From contig BAAIJX010000019.1 of assembly GCA_054600435.1 (NCBI GenBank), positions 62,001 through 126,000 of the forward strand: a stretch of 64,000 nucleotides of DNA, given 5' to 3'. Each line of letters begins with the position of its first letter. The first letter of the stretch is position 1. The position numbers and the translations under genes are program-made. Below, piece by piece: positions 59,402 through 64,000 of the stretch. This DNA is from Neophaeotheca triangularis (taxonomy: Eukaryota). The notes under the pieces are model-generated. The model was not told the DNA's origin, searched no databases, and was given only the letters and a program-made list of their open reading frames with translations.

Positions 59402-60166
59402 TCAAGCTAACATCTCCCTATCTCCCTCTGGCAAGCTGACAAACTTACACCACCTTCCAACAACCCTACTAACCGCCACCGTCCTCCCTACCCACCCCCT
59501 CTCCCCTGCCCCAAAACTCCTCGTAGTCACATTCAGAATCGAAACCTCCTCATCCCACACACTCCTCCTTTTCCCGTCCTCGGCTTCAAACCCTCTCTCA
59601 CCCTCACCCTCTCCAGTCCTGGCCACACCATCAACCTCCTCCCCTTCCCTCTCAGCTTCCACCGCCAACTCCCCAACCACAAGCCTCGCCCCCACCCTCC
59701 TAGCAGCCTCCACCGCTGTCGCAAAAGTGCGATTCAGACCCTGCGCGGAAAAAGCCGAAGTCGGTTTATGCTGGGCCAGTGGGTTGAGAATCGCTAAAAC
59801 CGGGACTCTGGCCGTGGTTTCGGGTTGGGGGCCGGGTTTTGTGCCATGGCCGTGGACAGAGAGGTAGGCGCGTAGGTGCGTGATGTCTGGGCAGAAGGCT
59901 AGGGTGAGGGTGCGGGTTGTGGAGAGGAAGCGGAGGGAGGGGGGATGGAGAAGAGGGGTTTTGGTGGGGTTTGAGTCGTTTGGGAGAATTGTAGCTGGGT
60001 TATGTTCGTTGGGGGCTTGTTGGAGCTTGGTTTGGAGTTGGGCCTGGAATTCTTCTTTGGTGCTGCAGATGATCAGGGTTGAGTTTGGAGCGTGGGTGGC
60101 TAGGATGTGTTGGATGAAGGCTTGAATGGAGATCGGGTCCAAAACCATGGGGGTGAGGTCTGGCAT
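59402..60166 (-). CDS. Conserved fungal hypothetical protein, possibly a degenerate RecA/Rad51-paralogue-like alpha/beta fold
   Basis: Single ~250-aa ORF with blocks TLIICSTKEEF, LAFCPDITHLRAYLS, TSAFSAQGLNRT, WDEEVSILN and WVGRTV...RWCKF. Confidence 0.7.
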   Translation of the reverse strand: MPDLTPMVLDPISIQAFIQHILATHAPNSTLIICSTKEEFQAQLQTKLQQAPNEHNPATILPNDSNPTKTPLLHPPSLRFLSTTRTLTLAFCPDITHLRAYLSVHGHGTKPGPQPETTARVPVLAILNPLAQHKPTSAFSAQGLNRTFATAVEAARRVGARLVVGELAVEAEREGEEVDGVARTGEGEGERGFEAEDGKRRSVWDEEVSILNVTTRSFGAGERGWVGRTVAVSRVVGRWCKFVSLPEGDREMLA

Positions 60167-60561
60167 CCTTCGTTGGGCAGGGCCTTGGTGCCGCGCCGTA
60201 TGCACTTTAGTGAGTTAATCTTGAGTACCCAGGTAGATGTTCACTCGTTCATGGTGGCCGGTGGCGGATATTCGGCTGCCCAGGTATTATGTCAGGTAGT
60301 TCTGGCATGACGAGTCCGAGAGCCCTTTTCCGAACTGTTTACTTATCTCCGAGCATCTACTGCAGCGAGGATGGTGTGGAGGTATGAGGTGAAGTGAAGT
60401 GAGGTCGAAGAGACGCCCAACGACATGGCTTGGCGGGGCCCCCACTTCACTTCATCTAGAGTGCACATACCACCAGCGGTGCACCTCGAAGCTACTTAGC
60501 TGGTCCCCTTCAAACAACCAATCGCTCTTGCTGTCAGCACGGCAGACGGCGAACAGCGAAC

Positions 60562-63044
60562 ATGGAGTCAGTCTCCCGCATCAGCTCGATGCTAGAAACG
60601 GGTAAGTAGAAAACGATCAACCTCACACACGACATCCGCCTGGCTTCAAGCTGCACCATGCCATGCCCTTTCCAGTACTGACTCCGAACATTGCAGCCAG
60701 AGACTTGACCCTCGAAGCCGCTCGCGATGCTGGACCACGAAGATCTGCAAAACCTCTCCCGGCCGCGCAAATCAAAAAGCTTCTCGATTCTCGCAACGAG
60801 CGCGAAGTACTGGACGGCCTACGCAGGGTCATTGCCATGCAATATGCCTCCCCGCCGCAACCTACTCTCCCCTTCTTCGCCGCCGTGCTTAAGACGCTCT
60901 CGAACCCATACCCCTCGACGAGGCCCTTGGTTTACACCTATCTTCTCCACCATGCGGAAGAGGACCCGGACACCGCTTTGCTCAGCATAAACACCATTCA
61001 GAAGAGTCTAAGCGACAGCAACCCCAGAGTACGGGCGATGGCGCTAAAGACAATGGCTGGGATCAAAGTGCCGGTGATTGGACAGATTGTCAACCTCGCG
61101 ATCAAAAAGGGAACCGGCGACATGAGTCCGATTGTGCGGAAAGCGGCTGCGCTGGCATGCGTCAAGTGCGTGAGGCTAGATTCTACAACAAGACCGCAGG
61201 TGGAAGAGTACATTGCGACACTGTTGCAGGATAAGCAGTACTATGTAGCTGGGGCTGCCGTGCAGGCGTTTATGGAGGTTTGTCCGGAGAGGCTGGACCT
61301 GATACATCCGAATTACAGGACGCTGTGCAAGCAGATGGTCGACATGGACGAATGGGGTCAGCTGGCTTTGCTTCGATTGATGACGACGTACGCTCGACGA
61401 TGTTTCCCACGACGAACGAAACGGGTGCGCAAGGCCCAGACGCGGACTGCAGAGGCCAAAGCTACAGATTTCTACGAGGATTTGGAGCCCCAAAACGAGC
61501 CAGATGAGGCGGACTTTGAAGAGGTTGAGGAGCTCGACCCCGACCTGTCGCTTCTTCTCAACTCTAGCCAGCCTCTGTTGTCTTCTCGCAATTCGGCAGT
61601 GATCATGTCAGCCGCACGGCTTTACCTATATCTATCGCCAAAAACCCATCTGCCATTGACAGTCGGCCCCCTAATAGCACTGCTGCGATCCCCACAAGAA
61701 GTTATTCAAGTCGCCTTGTCCAATATTGTCCACATTACCCTTACAGACCCGCAGCTCTTCGCTCCTCACTATCGACACTTCCTAATCCGCTCGACTGAAT
61801 CGCCACACATCTGGCAGCTCAAACTGGAGATGCTCACCCTCATTTTCCCAAACGTCTCGAAGGACATACAAAGCCTCATATTAGCCGAACTCGAACACTT
61901 CAGCCGCAGTCACGACAGCCAACTCGTTCGTGAAAGCGTTCGCGCGATAGGCCGGTGCGCCCAAACCTCGGACGCCCGTACCTCGCACCGTTGCCTCTCC
62001 CTCCTGCTCAAACAAGTCCACAGCCCCGACCAAAATCTTGTAGGCGAAGCCATTGAAGTAGTCCGCCACCTAATCCAACGCTCACCCGACGAGCACCAAA
62101 AGACCGTAACACGGCTCGCCAAGAACCTCGACTCTCTCACTTCCCCAACAGCCCGCGCCAGCATCATCTGGCTCGTAGGCGAATTTTCCGGCCCTGAAGG
62201 CTCCGAAGGCATAGCTCCAGATGTCCTGCGAATCCTGATAAAAAGCTACGTCGATGAGAGCGAAGAGGTCAAGGGCCAAATTATCCTCTTAGCAGCGAAA
62301 CTCTACCTCCACCACCTCAACGCCCACAATTCGAAACAAAAAGCCCTCGACAATCTCAACAGCAACGACAACGACCCCTCTGACCCGCCCTCCCCATCCC
62401 CCAACGACCCTGACACCTCTCCCCTCCCCGAAAATCACCCCGTCGCCCACCTTTACACCCATGTCCTGCTCCTCGCCCGCTACACCCCCTCTTACCCCCT
62501 CCGCGACCGCGCCCGCTTCCTCCGGAACCTACTATCCACACCCAGCAGCACGGACCTCGCTTCCCTGCTCCTGCTAGCCCCAAAACCCATCCCACAAGCT
62601 CCTTCACCCTCGGAAAGCCGGCGCGGCTATGCTCTCGGTTCGGCTAGTCTCGTTCTGGGCCCTGATCTCGTCGGTCTGGGGGGCGCGAGGGGGTATGAGG
62701 GGGTTGCGGAGTGGGTTACCGAAGGCGAGGAGCCGGATGCGCGGTTGAGGAATGTTGCGGGCGGGGGTGGCGGGGAGAAGTCTGGTGGCGTCGGGGGTCA
62801 GGTTGAGAAGGGGAGTGCGAGTAGGGCGTTGGATGAGGTTTTGGCTGGGGAGGAGAGGGGGGTTGCTAGTGTTGGTGGTGGGGTAAAGGGCAAGGGAGCA
62901 AAGACGCTGGATGATTGGCTGGATGAGAGTGGGAGTGAGGAGGGGAGCGAGTATGAGACTGAGAGTGAGTACGAGGAGGAAAGTGAGGAGAGTGAGAGCG
63001 AGAGCGAGAGTGAGGAGGATGAGAAGGCTGGGTTGGTCAAGTAA
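60562..63044 (+). CDS. APL6: AP-3 adaptor complex beta subunit; exons 60562-60601, 60697-63044
   Basis: MESVSRISSMLETARDLTLEAA, DPDTALLSINTIQKSLSD, DMDEWGQ, ILWLVGE-like IIWLVGE, LRDRARF and an acidic tail. Confidence 0.93.
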
Positions 63045-63245
63045 TGAGTGTGTACAGGAAGAGTATCGTGCTCATGACGAGTCTTGCGTACTGCCAATTA
63101 CAATGTTACCGATCGCGGGACACTCAAATTAAAGCAGCCTAAACGCCTCTGACCGACCGACCGGGTATCGCTTCAAATATCGTCGTTGCGTTCAAGCATT
63201 TGCCTTTCCAAAACGCCAAAGGACATCCTGAGCAGAGCATGGAGC

Positions 63246-64000
63246 CTAGATGTTCTGTTCCATCTCGGTGATGTAGAGCTTGATATGGCTCTCCATCTTC
63301 ATGTACTCCTCCCTGGCACTCTGCACCTCCTGCTCGATATTCTCTTTCAAATCCGCCATCTAATCGCAAAGTCAGCAAACCCGCACTAAAAACCAATTTC
63401 GATTCGCCAAACGATGAAGAAACTCACCTTCTTCTCCGTCTGCTCAATCCGCATTCTCCTCCTCTCAACCTCATCCCCCCTCTCCCTCCTCTCATCACTT
63501 AACTCGGCATGCACGCGTCGCAAACCCTCCATCTTCTCCCGCGCACCCTGCGCCTTACTCTCCGCCTGCGTGCGCAACTTCTCCGTCCGCTCCTGCCACT
63601 GCTCCAGCTGCTTCCTCAGCATACGCTCCTGTCGCTCCACCTCCCGAACGTTGTTAACTTTCTCGGCAAGAGTCTCGCGGTTGCGCGACGCCGTTTGCGC
63701 TTCGTCTTCTTCGCGGTTGAGCTCGGTTTGCAATTCCGTGAGAATGCGCGTCAGGGAGCCAATGTCGCTGCACAGGAGGGTGAAGGTGTCGTGGCTGGTT
63801 TGAAGCGCTCTGGCGCGGCGGTCTAGACGGTCAATCTCGCTCTTGTCGTTGTTGAGGGAGGTGCTGAGGGAGTGGAGAGAGGATTCGAGAGCAGCGGGGG
63901 ACTGCTCGGTGTAGGGGCGGAGTTTGGCTGCTTCGGCGCGGACGTTGATGGCGACGGCTGTGCGGTCTTCTAGAACGGCTTTGAAGCGGTTTTGTTCGCT
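63246..64000 (-). CDS. NUF2: Kinetochore protein Nuf2, 3' part only; exons >64000-63428 and 63359-63246
   Basis: Coiled coil [12 protein letters not shown]...RARALQTS; spliced C-terminus [44 protein letters not shown]. Confidence 0.88.

Noticed and set aside
1..64000. tRNA, rRNA or intact transposon genes
   Set aside because: I saw no cloverleaf with A/B boxes, rRNA-like sequence, or transposase/reverse-transcriptase motifs by eye; tRNAscan-SE and Rfam scans would be needed to exclude them.

Overview
Eukaryotic, gene-dense DNA from a filamentous ascomycete. Short GT-AG introns with CTAAC/CTGAC branch points point to Pezizomycotina, probably a Dothideomycete; the lineage is an inference. About 22 protein-coding genes can be modelled by hand: an MFS alpha-glucoside/maltose permease, a ~2650-aa Ser/Thr-rich GPI-type surface protein, FAD1, FIP1, NUP49, VPS11, a DDHD phospholipase, TAP42, Dicer-like 1, a MAPEG protein, a histidine-phosphatase-like membrane protein, DBP4, a DnaJ (Spf31/DNAJC8-like) protein, the divergent ACL1/ACL2 pair, a GH125/DUF1237 hydrolase, two conserved hypotheticals, PPG1, AP-3 beta and partial NUF2. 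The main discovery is a ~2.5-kb interval with no credible ORF between DCL1 and the MAPEG gene (~31890-34376, + strand), which has the hallmarks of the telomerase RNA gene. It carries a TAACCCTAA template (1.5 TTAGGG repeats) at 32311-32319 and nested long-range helices rich in G-U pairs. It ends in a U-rich tract followed by a terminal intron with the non-canonical ATAAGT 5' splice site, a GCTAAC branch point and a CAG acceptor. Other oddities are a recurrent C-rich to G-rich skew flip near the 3' end of many genes, a TpA-rich four-unit minisatellite, a microsatellite island and a probable pseudo-phosphatase. All gene models and helices were derived by eye; no searches or folding programs were run.
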